Below are positions 36,910 through 51,814 of a DNA stretch of 64,000 bases, piece by piece. The DNA is from Ranitomeya imitator (taxonomy: Eukaryota), in assembly GCF_032444005.1 (NCBI RefSeq), contig NC_091284.1, positions 572,136,001 to 572,200,000 of the forward strand, read 5' to 3'. The first letter of the stretch is position 1. Each line of letters starts with the position of its first letter. The notes beneath the pieces are model-generated. The model was given only the letters and a program-made list of their open reading frames with translations. It was not told where the DNA came from and made no database searches. Both the position numbers and the translations under genes were made by a program.

Positions 36910-37420
36910 GTGATTGTCTGTTGTCTATAACCTTTTTCTTCCAACTATTTAAAACTTAATCTGTCAAAAACGGCACTCCTTGTTTCCAACCCTCTACTAA
37001 TCTACCTAGACGTGTGTGGTTCTACCATAACTCCAAAGCAGAATATTCGCTGTCAGTTATATTTGAGTCAGATCTTTTACTTGCTCCCTACATGTGATCA
37101 CTCACCCGCTCATGCCACCTGCACCTTAAAAGCATCACTACTAATCAACCTTTTCACTCTGCAAAAACTCTTACTATTGCTCGGATTCATTCTCTCCTTG
37201 GCTGTTGCAAGTCTCTACTAATCTGTTTCCTTTCTAAACTCCCCTCTCTAACCATTCTGAATGCAGCAGCTGGGATCATATTCCTGTCCAACTGGTACTC
37301 CGATGCTGCCACCATGTGCCAGTCATTGCACTGGTTGCCCATTCGGTACAGAGTCTAATATAAACTTATCACACGCCTACAAAGCTCTCATCAGTTCTCA
37401 CTCATGCAGTGTTATTTCAA
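36910..37420 (+). mobile_element. degenerate L2-type LINE 3' fragment
   Basis: LKLNLSKT; ILNAAAGIIFLS; CQSLHWLPIRYRV in broken frames. Confidence 0.7.
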
Positions 37421-38129
37421 TACCCTGTTTATTGTGTTCTTTACAATTTACATATTTCGGTAGGTGCATTACAATTTTATATATTTTTTTACATTTTTAG
37501 CCCTTTTACCCCCAAGGGTGGATTGCACGTTATGGACCGGGCCAATTTTTACAATTCTGACCACTGTCCCTTTATGAGGTTATAACTTTGGAACGCTTCA
37601 ACGGATCCCGGTGATTCTGACATTTTCTTGTGACATATTGTACTTCATGATAGTGGTAAAATTTCTTTGATATTACCTGCGTTTATTTGTGAAAAAAACG
37701 GAAATTTGGCGAAAATTTTGAAAGTTTCGCAATTTTCCAACTTTGAATTTTTATGCAATTAAATCACAGAGATATGTCACACAAAATACTTAGTAAGTAA
37801 AATTTCCCACATGTCTACTTTACATCAGCACAATTTTGGAACCAAAATTTTTTTTTGTTAGGGAGATATAAGGGTTAAAAGTTGACCAGCAATTTCTCAT
37901 TTTTCCAACACCATTTAATTTGAAGTCATTTTGAGGGGTCTATATGATAGAAAATACCCAAGTGTGACACCATTCTAAAAACTGCACCCCTCAAGGTGCT
38001 CAAAACCACATTCAAGAAGTTTATTAACCCTTCACGTGTTTTACAGGAATTTTTGGAATGTTTAAATAAAAATGAACATTTAACTTTTTTTCACACAAAA
38101 TTTACTTCAGCTCCAATTTGTTTTATTTT

Positions 38130-39120
38130 ACCAAGGGTAACAGGAGAAAATGGACCCCAAACGTTGTTGTACAATTTGTCCTGAGTACGCCGATACCCCA
38201 TGTGTGGGGGGTAAACCTCTGTTTGGGCGCATAACAGAGCTCGGAAGCGAAGGAGCGCCATTTGACTTTTCAATGCAAAATTGACTGGAATTGAGATTGG
38301 ACGCCATGTTGCATTTGGAGAGCCACTGATGTGCCTAAACATTGAAACCCCCCACAAGTGACACCATTTTGGAAAGTAGACCCCCTAAGGAACTTATCTA
38401 GAGGTGTGGTGAGCACTTTGACCCACCAAGTGCTTCACAGAAGTTTATAATGCAGAACCGTAAAAATAAACATTTTTTTTCACAAAAATTATCTTTTCGC
38501 CCCCAATTTTTTATTTTCCCAAGGGTAAGAGAAGAAATTGGACCCCAAAAGTTGTTGTCCAATTTGTCCTGAAGGCGCTGATACCCAATATGTGGGGGGA
38601 AGCCACCGTTTGGGCGCATGGGAGGGCTCGGAAGGGAAGGAGTGCCATTTGGAATGAAGACTTAGATGGAATGGTCTGCAGGCGTCACATTGCGTTTGCA
38701 GAGCCCCTAATGTACCTAAACAGTAGAAAACCCCCACAAGTGACCCCATATTGGAAACTAGACCCCCCAAGGAACTTATCTAGATGTGTTGTGAGAACTT
38801 TGAGCGCCCAAGTGTTTCACTACAGTTTATAACGCAGAGCCGTGAAAATAAAAAACTTTTTTTTTTCCCACAAAAATTATTTTTTAGCCCCCAGTTTTGT
38901 ATTTTCCCGAGAGTAACAGGAGAAATTGGACCTCAAAAGTTGTTGTCCAATTTGTCCTGAGTACGCTGATACCCCATATGTTGGGGTAAACTCCTGTTTG
39001 GGCACACGGGAGAGCTCAGAAGGGAAGGAGCACTGTTTCACTTTTTCAACGCAGAATTGGCTGGAATTGAGATCGGACGCCATGCCGCGTTTGGAGAGCC
39101 CCTGATGTGCCTAAACAGTG
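38130..39120 (+). repeat. about 388-bp tandem repeat, roughly 2.5-3 copies
   Basis: CCAAGGGTAA(C/G)AG(G/A)AGAAA(A/T)TGGACC-like starts at about 38132, 38519 and 38907. Confidence 0.8.
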
Positions 39121-39526
39121 GAAACCCCCCAATTATAGCTGAAACCCTAATCCAAACACACCCCTAACCCTAATCCCAAACCTATTCCCAACCGTAAATG
39201 TAACACTAGCCCTAACACTAGCCCTAGCCGGAAAATGGAAATAAATACATTTTTTTTAATTTTTCCCTAACTAAGGGGGTGATGAAGGGGGGTTTGATTT
39301 ACTTTTATAGTGGGTTTTTTAGCGGATTTTTATGATTGGCAGCCGTCACACACTGAAAGACGCTTTTTATTGCAAAAAATATTTTATGCGTTACCACATT
39401 TTGAGAGCTATAATTTTTCCATCTTTGAGTCCACACAGTCATGTGAGGTCTTGTTTTTTGCGGGACGAGTTGATGTATTTATTGGTAACATTTTCGGGCA
39501 CGTGACCTTTTTTTGATCGCTTTTTA

Positions 39527-39909
39527 GGCTACTTTCACACTGGCGTTTTTTTTTTTAATACGTCGCAATGCGTAGTTTAGGGGAAAAAACGCATCCTGCA
39601 AAGTTGTTTGCAGGATGCGTTTTTGCCCCATAGAGTAACATTACCGACGCATTGCGACGTATTGACACACGTCGCAACCGTCGTGCAACGGTTGCGCCGT
39701 GTTGTGTCGGACCGCCGGGAGCAAAAAACGTTAAATGTAACTTTTTTGCTGTCAACGGACCGCTTTTTCCGACCGCGCATGCGCGGCCGGAACTCCGCCC
39801 CCACCTCCCCGCACCTCACAATGGGGCAGCGGATGCGTCCGCTGCACCCATTGTGCGGCGCATCAAATGCTAGCGTCGGGCCGAATCCGACGCTAGTGTG
39901 AAAGTAGCC
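39527..39909. mobile_element. Harbinger-type MITE
   Basis: TTA|GGCTACTTTCACACT ... AGTGTGAAAGTAGCC|TTA. Confidence 0.87.
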
Positions 39910-40369
39910 TTATTCCGATTTTTGTGAGGCAGAATGACCAAAAGCCAGCTATTCATGAATTTCTTTTGGGGGAAGCATTTATACCGTTCCGCGTTTGGTA
40001 AAATTAATAAAGCCGTTTTATTCTTCGGGTCAGTACGATTACAGCGATACCTCATTTATATAATTTTTTTATGTTTTGGCGCTTTTATACAATAAAAACT
40101 ATTTTATAGAAAAAATAATTATTTTTGCATCGCTTTATTCTGAGGACTATAACTTTATTTTTTTGCTGATGATGCTGTATGGTGGCTCTTTTTTTGCGGG
40201 ACAAGATGACGCTTTCAGTGGTACCATGTTTATTTATATCTGTCTTTTTGATCGCGTGTTATTCCACTTTTTGTTTGGCGTTATGATAATAAAGCGTTTT
40301 TTTGCCTCGTTTTTTTTTTCTTCTCTCACTGTGTTTACTGAAGGGGTTAACTAGTGGGACAGTTTTATA

Positions 40370-41916
<1,547 letters not shown>

Positions 41917-42974
41917 CGGTGATCTGACAGTTTGCACAGCACTCTGTCAGATCACCGATCTGTCTGAGAGCAGTGCAGGCCTACCAAGCGCCTGCTCTGA
42001 GCAGGCACTTGGTAAGCCACCTCCCTCCCTGCAGGACCCGGATGCCGCGGCCATCTTGGATCTGGGCCTGCTACAGGGAGGGAGGTAAGAAGACCCTCGC
42101 AGCAACGCGATCACATCGCGTTGCTGCGGGGGGGCTCAGGGAAGCACGCAGGAAGCCCCCTCCCTGCGCGATGCTTCCCTATACCAACGGCACACCGCGA
42201 TCATGTTTGATCGCGGTGTGCCGGGGGTTAATGTGCCGGGGGCGGTCCGTGACCGCTCCTGGCACATAGCGCCGGATGTCAGCTGCGATAGGCAGCTGAC
42301 ACCCGGCCGCGATCGGCCGCGCTCCCCCCGTGAGCGCGGCTGATCGTGCTGGACGTACTATTCCGTCTGTGGGAATTAAGGCCCACCCCACATGGACGGA
42401 ATAGTACGTCCGATGGCAGAAAGGGGTTAAAGAGGATATTTCACCAATTTACCATACAACTTGTACTTTCATGCACATAGTAGCCAGAAAGTACATAAAA
42501 AGGTGTTATTTTCATTTTTCCTCCATTGTGGTGATACAGGGTGACATTACTGGTGCAAAATGTTGTATTGTTCAACCGGGCAGTTCGATTCCTTCCGCTC
42601 TATGGGCGTGTACTTTCATCCCACTATAAGGCTGTCCAATCAAAATTAGGAAGTATCCATAGGTAGGAAAGTGTAGATGCCCACAGCTCTGATCTAAATG
42701 AAGTGCCAATTAAGACTAGGTGCCAGTGTTGTCATGTCAGACATCTGCAATGCTTTCCTCCTTAACATTAATTCTTACCCTTGGTCCTCGACTGTTCTCT
42801 CAACGCTCCTCACTCTGAAGCTACTGACTAAGAAGTGGTGTCCAGAAGGAGGCATGGTCATGTGAGATCGATAAAGTCTTGTAAGAATTTGTTGGCAAAG
42901 TCCCTGAACTTAATGGGTATTTCATTTGGGTTAGAAATGTGGACATCTACCTTTTTCCTACCTATGTGCACTGC

Positions 42975-44154
42975 TGTAAGAGCGTGGTGCTGTTATGGAC
43001 AGTAAGGAACATGCTGTCACTTTAAGAGGCTGCACCCCCTTGTCGGGCATGATGGAATGTTCTGCTTCTCCCCTGCAATAATCATTGTAATGAGCTAGTC
43101 TGTGTAGAGTGCAGGTGTGGAGCTGGAGGAGCGTGTGTGAGCTGAGGCTGCTGCAGAGAGGACTTGTGCTGATAGCTGAAAGAGAGAAGAACTGTGTCCT
43201 GTTATAGCTGCAAGAGAGCCATGAAGATACAGAGAAAGGGATTTACAGTTTCCAGGAGCATCCCTAGGATCCAGAAGCAAGGAGAAGACCACGTTTCACA
43301 GAGCTGACAGAAAGCTGTGCGCACCACCGTATTAGACTTCTGGGGCCCCCCTGGGACTGGACCGGAATCTCCAACATCACAGTGAGTTTGTTCCTGTTTG
43401 GTGCACCTGTTAGGGCCTAGTGTAGGCTTCAATAATCAGTACACGGCAGCTGTGTGGCCTGCTTAGTAAAGGCCAGGGAGGTTATACGTAGAGTAGCATC
43501 ATCACTCGTTTATTGTTTACATTTGCTTGTTAGACATATTTTGAGTCTGTTATAGCTGGAGCACCGTGCTATTTTACGGAAAAGATAGTTTATTGCCCTT
43601 GTAAATTGTCTTTTGCCATTGGATACCCCTAGAAATATGAAAAATGAGAGCTTTTAGCGCATAAAAATGGCCAATTTTATGTGTACCTGGTAGCCCCTTT
43701 ACGGCATCTCTCTTATACCAGGTCCTACGCTTGCCTTACCTCGCTGAGAATAAACGTCTCCATCTGAATGGGTACATGTGAAACCTCTTCTTAGACTAAA
43801 ATTCTCTCTCTCTGTGGAGGGGTATTGGACCTGCTGTAATTAAAACACCTGAAGCTAGGAGGCGGAGTGCACGATCAGAAGGCTAGAGAATACATTTCAA
43901 AAACCTGACCTGCACATCCAGCGAGGTAAGGCAAGCGTAGGACCTGGTATAAGAGAGATGCCGTAAAGGGGCTACCAGGTACACATAAAATTGGCCATTT
44001 TTATGCGCTAAAAGCTCTCATTTTTCATATTTCATACCCCTGTCTTCATCTTCCTCATTCCCTTCCTTCCAATAAATCTACCTTTTGTTGTTTGCACCTC
44101 ATCTTGTGTACAGTAGTCTTCCTGCACCGTGGTGGTCCACCGGCCATCGCTTCA
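42975..44154 (+). mobile_element. solo LTR (Gypsy-like)
   Basis: CTGC|TGTAAG ... CGCTTCA|CTGC (TG...CA ends, 4-bp TSD); AATAAA at 44071. Confidence 0.7.
43632..44033. mobile_element. Mutator-type MITE with 115-bp perfect TIRs
   Basis: G...C termini; 43632-43746 is the exact reverse complement of 43919-44033; 9-bp TSD ATACCCCTA / ATACCCCTG (one mismatch). Confidence 0.85.
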
Positions 44155-44265
44155 CTGCCATTTTATGATTGGATGGTATCATTGTGAGATGAAAGTGCAC
44201 ATCCACTGAGCTAAAGGAAATGAACCACATAGTTGAACAATAAAATATGCAGGAAAGAGATGATG

Positions 44266-44298
44266 TATATATGTATATATGTATGTGCATATATATAT

Positions 44299-44343
<45 letters not shown>
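44266..44343. repeat. (TA)n microsatellite
   Basis: Direct inspection. Confidence 0.95.
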
Positions 44344-44348
<5 letters not shown>

Positions 44349-44358
44349 TGTATCGTAT

Positions 44359-44642
44359 TAGCAAGTAGATAGAAAAATATTTAGAATTGAGTCCTCAGTG
44401 GTTGATACCTTTTTAATGGCTAACTGAAAAGATGGTAACAAAATTTCAAGCTTTTGAGACTACTCGGGTCTCTTCATCGGGCATATACTAATGCAAAATC
44501 TGAAGAATCACATATTTATACACAACACAGAAATAATGTCATAGATAAGACAGGTGATTTGTTACCATTTAATGGCTAACTGAAAAGATGGTATCAACTA
44601 CTGAGGACTCTCAATTCTAAATATTTTTCTATCTACTGGCTA
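44359..44642 (-). mobile_element. short Penelope-derived element with inverted ends and decayed hammerhead
   Basis: About 50-bp inverted ends (TAGCAAGTAGATAGAAAAATATTTAGAATTGAG / CTCAATTCTAAATATTTTTCTATCTACTGGCTA), internal direct repeat TTTAATGGCTAACTGAAAAGATGGT, hammerhead-like motif at 44447-44482(-). Confidence 0.65.
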
Positions 44643-44644
44643 TT

Positions 44645-45049
44645 TAAGGGTGAAGCCAGGACATGTTGTACATGCATTTCTTCTTGAAAGCCTGAGAAAT
44701 ATGGGTCGTTCAAGACATTGTTCAGAAGAACAGCGTAGTTTGATTATAAGTTTTACCCTCTCCAATCAACTTTTTAAAGTGATAATGTCTGTAAAGCGCT
44801 GCGGAATATGTTAGCGCTATATAAAAAATAAAGATTATTATTATTATTAAAGTGCAGACAATGATAGACTGTTAAGATAAAATGATCTCCAATGCTTTAA
44901 AATGAAAAGCCAAACCAGAGAGACGTGGAAGCAAACCGGAGACTATTTGCATGGATGGAAGAATAGCCAGAATGGCAAAGGCTCAGCCAATGATCAGCTC
45001 CAGGAAGATCAAAGACAGTCTCAAGTTACCTGTAAGTACTGTGACAGTT
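44645..45049 (+). mobile_element. Tc1 5' fragment interrupted by a LINE/SINE 3' tail
   Basis: MGRSRHCSEEQRSLI at 44701; tail at 44781-44849; RMAKAQPMISSRKIKDSLKLPVS. Confidence 0.7.
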
Positions 45050-45050
45050 A

Positions 45051-45640
45051 AGGTACCGTTACACTAAACGACTTACCAACGATCACGACCAGCGATACAA
45101 CCTGGCCGTGATCGTTGGTAAGTCGTTGTGTGGTCGCTCGGGAGCTGTCACAGACAGCTCTCTCCAGCGACCAACGATCCGGGGAAAGACTTCGGCATCG
45201 TTGAAACTGTCTTCAATGATGCTGAAGTCCCCGGGTAACCAGGGTAAACATTGGTTACTAAGTGCAGGGCCGCGCTTAGTAACCCGATATTTACCCTGGT
45301 TACCATTGTAAAAGTAAAAAAAAAAAAAAAAAAAACAGTACATACTCACATTCTGATGTCTGTCACGTCCCCCGCCGTCAGCTTCCCGCACTGACTGTGT
45401 CAGCGCCGGCCGCAAAGCCGAGCACAGCGGTGACGTCACCGCTGTGCTCTGCTTTACGGCCGGCACTGACAGTCAGTGCAGGGAAGCTGACGGCGGGGGA
45501 CGTGACAGACATCGGAATGTGAGGAGTATGTAGTGTTTTTTTTTTATTTTTTAACTTTTACAATGGTAACCAGGGTAAATATCGGTTTACTAAGCGGGGC
45601 CCTGCGCTTAGTAACCCGATGTTTACCCTGGTTACCCGGG
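45051..45640. mobile_element. truncated AAGGTACC-type MITE
   Basis: Left TIR AGGTACCGTTACAC; collinear with 284-845; breaks at the second hairpin. Confidence 0.85.
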
Positions 45641-48600
45641 TAAAAGCACTGAGCCAATACATCCGAGTAGAAAAGTTCAAAATGGAAACTCTAAAAACGG
45701 CAGTAAAGTTACTGTATCCGGGCTGTTACATGGTGGTAATAGATCTCACAGGTGCTTACTTCCATGTACCAATCTGCGTAGAGCATCACCAGTATCTGAG
45801 GTTGGTGGTACAGCTGGAGCAAATTTACACCCATCTACAGTACCAATGCCTTCCCTTCGGGGTGTCCGTGGCCCCTCGTATCTTCCAGAGATAGCATCCT
45901 TCGTGAGGAGGGAAAATATTCGACTAGTACCTTATTCAGACGATTTTCTCCTTATAGCAGACAATCAGAAAGACTGCGTAAAGGCAGTTACAAGAATACG
46001 AGAGGTATTGTCCAAGTTGAGATGGATAATAAATTTAAAAAAAATCAAGAATGGTTCCAGTCCAGATACAGGAGTTCCTCGGGATCCAGTTAAACTCAAT
46101 CAGACAAGATTGTGTCCTTCCAGACAGGAAAATCGAGGCCATAAAACAAAAGATAAAACAAACACAGGTGGCCCAGTCCATCTCAGTGAGGGAGGCCATG
46201 TCCCTCTTAGGTATGCTGACGGCAGCAATTCCAGCGGTCCAATGGGCACAACTGCATTCAAGAGAATTACAGTGGCGGATCTTGGCAGAAAAAGCAAAAA
46301 ACCCCTACAACCTAAATTGGAAAATCTCCACAAGTACGGGACTCTCTAAATTGGTGGCTAAAATCCGGAAATTTAAAAAAGGGGGTTCCATGGTCGGTCC
46401 AGAATCCATTAGTACTAACCACAGATGAGAACTCGTTAGGCTGGGGAGCGCGTCTACCAGATCAAATCCTACAAAGCCTATGGGATCCTCAAATGGAGGC
46501 AGCTTCCTCAAACCTGAGGGAACGAACGACAGTAAGACAAGCAATTCTTCAAGCAGCAGAAGACCTCAAAGGCATTTAGTAGTGTTGTCCAACAACAGCA
46601 CAACAGTCTCATACATAAATCGGCAGGGGGGAACAAGATCGAGATCTCTGCTTGAAGAGACAAAAAGACTGTTTTGCTGGACAGAAAACCATCTCTTATC
46701 TCTAACAAGCACACGCTTAAAAGGTACGGACAACCTTGTTGCAGATTTCTTGACACGTGCTGCACCAGGGCGAGTGGTCCTTAAATCAAGAAATTTTTGG
46801 AGAAATCTGTGCGGTCTGGGGTGTTCCACAAGTGGATCTGTCTTCCACGAAACAGAAACGGAAGGTAAAATTATTTTACTCCCTGAACCCAAGGGAAAAC
46901 CCAGGAGTGGATGCGCTGCTGCACCAATGGAAATTCCAACTGGCTTACGCGTTTCCCCCAATTCTGCTAATTCCTACAGTCATGAAGAAAGTCCAAGTGG
47001 ACAAAACGCGAATAATCCTAATCGCACCCTTCTGGCCAAAGAGGGCATAGTTCATTTGGCTCAAACGTATGTCCATCTTGGACCCTTGGATCCTTCCAGA
47101 TGTCCCAAATCTCCTACACCAGGGTCCAGTAACACATCCTTAAGTACAAAGTCTGCATCTCACTGCCTGGAACTTGAGTGGACTTCTGCTAGCAAAAGGG
47201 TTCACGGATCCGTTAGTTGCTACTTTGCTATCTAGCAGAAAAAAGGTCACAACTGATAAATACCAAAAAGTATGGGGAAAATTTCTAGAACTTTCAGGAC
47301 GACGTCTGTCAAATACCATCCAGAAAGTCCCAATAGCCGAGGTTCTAGAATTCCTCCAAAAAGGGTTGGAGAGAGGATTGTAAACCAGCACCCTAAGGGT
47401 ATGTTTCCACGTTCAAGAAACGCTGCGTTTTTGACGCTGCGTTGAGCCGCAGCATCAAAAACGCAGCGTCTAGATGTTACAGCATAGTGGAGGAGATTTA
47501 ATGAAATCCCGTCTCAACTATGCAGGAAAAAACACATGCGAAAACGCACATGTGGCGCGTCTTTTCAAAACTCAGCATGTCCTTAGAATGAGCAAAACAT
47601 ACAAGAACACCGCAGGTGACCTGCCAGTGACCTCAGGTGCAGATTTGGTCAGGATTTTACCTGCATAAAATCCTGACCAAATCCTGAAGCAATCCTGAAT
47701 GTGGACACATACCCTAAAGGTGCAAGTTTCGGCGCTTAGTGCCTTGTTTGACCAAAAATTGGCTGATCACCCCTGGGTGTGTAGGTTCATCCGAGCCTCC
47801 TTTACGGCCAGACCATTCAAACCTCACCCAAAGGTAGCTCCCTGGGATCTAAATTTAGTGTTGAATGCCTTAACCTCCTCTCCTTTTGAGCCTCTTACTT
47901 CCATCTCTGTGAAAGCCCTAACTTTAAAAACCGTTCTCCTGATTGCCCTTACGTCTGCCAGACGTATTAGTGAGCTCCCAGCTATATCTGTAGATCCCCC
48001 ATACACTACTTTTTTGGATGACAGTGGTTATTAAGACCGACCCGGCCTTCTTACCAGAGGTCAATTCAAAATTCCACAGGGATCAGGAGATAGTTTTACC
48101 CTCATTTTGTGCTAACCCAAAATCCCAGGGAGAAGAAACCTTTCATTGCCTAGACGTCAGACGTTGCCTGCTTCAGTATCTAGAAGTATCAAAACCATGG
48201 CGGCTGTCTTCAGCCCTTTTTGTCTCCTGCCAGGGGGCAAACGGGAAAAAAGGCTACAAAATCAACCATTGCACGATGGCTCCGTATGGCTATCTCGCTT
48301 ACCTATTCCTCTTCGGGGCAAGCTCCTCATCTCGGTGTAACGGCCCATTCTACAAGGGCCATCACCATATCCTGGGCGGAAAGGGCAAATGCATCTATAG
48401 AACAAATCTGTAATGCAGCAGTATGGTCTTCACCCTCTACTTTCTTCCGCCACTATAGAATAAATCTGGGGTTATCAAGTCTTGCCTTTGGAAGGAAAGT
48501 TCTATCTGCTGTTGTTCCACCCTAGGAGTCTTTTTCTATTTCTTCATCTCACGTAACGGTGCGGTCATGGGGAAGGGAAAAAATGATAATTACTTACTGG

Positions 48601-48943
48601 TAATTTCATTTTCCAGATCCATGACCACACCGCACTAATTCCCGCCCTATCTTGTTGATGGTTGTGTGATTCACAAAAAAAAAAAAAAAAAAGATGAAAT
48701 ATCCATATGAATGTAAAAATAAAAAATAGATAAGTAAATAATCCTTGGAAATGAGTGTAATGTACATATATCCAAACTAATAAAGCGGTTACCTTGCATA
48801 CTCTGAAAAGATGGAGGCGGTGCCTCTCTCCTCAGTTTATCTCCACTGCAGGTTTCCTGTTCCTGGGGGTGGGAGCCATCTCTCACATAACTGTACTGTC
48901 ATGGATCCGGAAAATCAAATTACCGGTAAATAATTATAATTTT
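45641..48943 (+). mobile_element. second DIRS1-like retrotransposon (different subfamily), 5' half missing
   Basis: RT (KFKMET, IDLTGAYFHVPI, CLPFGVSVAPRIF, PYSDDFLL), RNase H, MT (VDLSS...YAFPP), YR (ARRISEL, HSTRA, FFRHYRIN), ICR about 48553-48634, right end ...TTACCGGTAAATAATTATAATTT. Confidence 0.9.
47397..47714. mobile_element. Harbinger-type MITE in DIRS YR
   Basis: TAA|GGGTATGTTTCCAC ... GTGGACACATACCC|TAA; removal restores TLKVQVSAL. Confidence 0.9.
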
Positions 48944-50250
48944 TTTTTTTTTTTTTTAATTCGCGGACAGCCCATCCCAAAAAAATAAGATATGCTAATA
49001 TTCCCATGGACTATAATTGATATTTGTTCTGTTAGTGAAAAATAGAAGTATAAAACATGGACAAGAATAACAGAAATCTCAATGTATCCTAAAAGCAGAA
49101 ATTCAAGTGATAGAAAATCCACTCATGGAGTTGTTTATGAAGCGTGGGCATGAAGGGACAATCACTGAAGGTTATGCAATAGATTGCTTGGCTTAGCCAA
49201 TTTTTTTTTCTTTTCTTCAAACCATATTGCACATTTTAATAATTACAAATTGGAGCAGATATCAATTCAACTTTTAGATCCTTATTAGCAAAAATGTTCA
49301 GAAAAAAAAATGCATTTTTATGAAAAACAAACAACCTGATGCTTGTTTTTAACTTTGTGATTAAATATTATTTTGCAAACTATTATCCTTCTCGTCTCCC
49401 ATGCATAGTAATTCCAAATACCGTATGTGTACACTGAAGTACCCTCTGCTTTGTATCAATATATTAAAGAGATATTCGTAAAATATTAATTCCCTATCCT
49501 ATGAAAAACCTGCTGATTGTTGGGGATTCAAGTGCTGCACCCCAGAAGATCAAAGATCTAGCTCTGGAGCCTATGAACTAGACTCTGCAGAACCATGTCT
49601 TAAATTAGGTGCGCATGTTTGATCTCTGCTCCATTCATTGTCTATAGGCCTGCAGAAAAAGCCAAGCGTTCCAGAGCCCTTATCATGGAAGGTCCTGTTG
49701 CTCATACCCCAGTACATTTTTCCATATTCTAAAGGTGGGATTTAACGTAAAGGGTATTGGTCACCAGTATTTCCCAATATAAACTAAAGCCACTATCTTT
49801 TCTTTAGATAGTCTATTAGAACAGTCCATCAAACTGTATGTAAGCCCTCGTGTCACCTGGCGTATTGCAAAAAAAAATACCTTTTAGAAGTCTCATATGC
49901 CATATGCTAATCGTCATGGTCCAGTTTGATGAGCGTTGATGGTCTGGGATTGGTGCTTTATCGGCAAAATTGCCGTTGTCCTGCCTTGATTGATGTGGAT
50001 GCTTTGTCCTTTGTCCTACATAGATCGCTGAGAATTTTGTGCCTGCGCAACTGAAGTGCAAGCGCTTTTCTCTGTGCAGCAATGCGTTGGCTCCCCAGTT
50101 AAAGGTGGTTGCTTTAGTTTATATTGTGAGAACCTGCTGACAGGTTCCCTTTAAATTCTTTGGGAACTCTTTAGTGCCTGAGCAAATAACTCCCATAATT
50201 AATGTGTATCTGTTTTATGCGAGCTGTATAATACTTTTTTTGCTAATGTC

Positions 50251-50561
50251 TAGTGATGAGAGAGTATACTCGTTGCTCGGGTTTTCCCGAGCACGATCGG
50301 GTGGTCTTTGAGTATTTAGGACTGCTTGGAGATTTAGTTTTCCTTGCCGCGGCTGGATAATTTACAGCTACTAGCCAGCTTGAGTACATGTGGGGGTTGC
50401 CTGGTTGCTAAGGAATCCCCACATGTAATCAAGCTGTCTATCAGCTGTAAATTATCCAGCTGCAGCAAGGAAAGCTAAATCTCCAAGCACTACAAAATAC
50501 TCGGAGACCACCCGAGAGTGCTCGGGAAAACCCGAGCAACGAGTATACTCTCTCATCACTA
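50251..50561. mobile_element. palindromic hAT-like MITE
   Basis: TAGTGATGAGAGAGTATACTCGTTGCTCGGG ... CCCGAGCAACGAGTATACTCTCTCATCACTA; TSD degenerate. Confidence 0.8.
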
Positions 50562-51017
50562 CTATAGTGTCCTCATGGAACTAACTGTTTGACTACCAGG
50601 ACTTGTAGAATAACTCTGATCCTTTTGACACAATATAAATTAACGGATTCCTTTATTGTTCAAGCACAATAATATTACAGGGCTGTTCATTTCAGGAACA
50701 GACCATCGAACGATCTCTAATCCTTTCAGCAAGTGTTTCCACTGCCTTTTGCTCCATTCATGAAGACATTGCCGCAGTTTTTCCAACCGTCCAGAAAATC
50801 TAGGACCGTCTGTAAAAATAAGGCCTTTTTTTTTTCTTCTTTTTTTTTCTTCTTTTTTTTCGTACTGTCTGTAAAAATTAAGGCATCCATGATTTTTTTT
50901 TTTTTTTTAGGCTAGGGAAACTTCTATAGATTAAAATAATATTTACAGTCAAAATACAGTTTCCAGTGAAGGCAAGTGATCTCTTCTAGATTCCATAAAA
51001 TAGATCACTTTGTGCAA

Positions 51018-51814
51018 TCTACTATATAATTGTCTAAGGGTCACTTCCGTCTTTCTGTCTGTCCCGGATATTCATTAGTCGTGGCCTCTGTCTGTCATGT
51101 GATGCAAGTCGCTGATTGATCGTGGCAAAACACCCACGACCATTGCCACGACCAATCAGCGACGGGTGCAGTCCGGCAGCAACATGGCCGCTCCTTCCTC
51201 CCCGCAGTCAGTGCCCGCTCCATACTCCCCTCCAGTCAGCGCTCACACAGGATGAATGGCAGCGCTAATGGACCGCGTTATGCCGTGGTGTAACGCACTC
51301 CATTAACGCTGCTATTAACCCTGTGTGACCAACTTTTTTACTATTGAGGCTGTCTATGCAGCCTCAATAGTAAAAAGATCTAATGTTAAAAATAATAAAA
51401 AAAATTAAAATAAAAAAATCATCATACTCACATTGTTGCGCCTTTCCCGCTCCTCGTGACGCTCTGGTAACCGCTCCATGCAAGCGGCAGGTTCCGGTGG
51501 CAAGGATGGTATGCGACAAGGACCTGCCGTGACGTCATGGTCATGTGACCGCGACGTCATCACAGGTCCTGCGCCTATACCAACCCTGGGACCGGAAGCT
51601 GCCGCGTGCACTGCACACAGGGCCAGGACTTCAACGGAGGGTGAGTATATATTTTTTTATTTTAAGTCTGTATACTACATGGCTCTGTGCTATATACTCC
51701 GTCGCTGTGCGATATTCTACGTGGCTGGGCAATATACTACGTCGCTGGGCAATATACTACGTAGACATGCATATTCTAGAATACCCGATGCCTTAGAATC
51801 GGGCCACCATCTAG
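51018..51814 (+). mobile_element. non-autonomous Helitron
   Basis: A|TCTACTATATAATTGTCTAAGGG ... CCCGATGCCTTAGAATCGGG hairpin-CCACCATCTAG|T: TC/CTAG termini in an AT site, no TSD. Confidence 0.85.
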
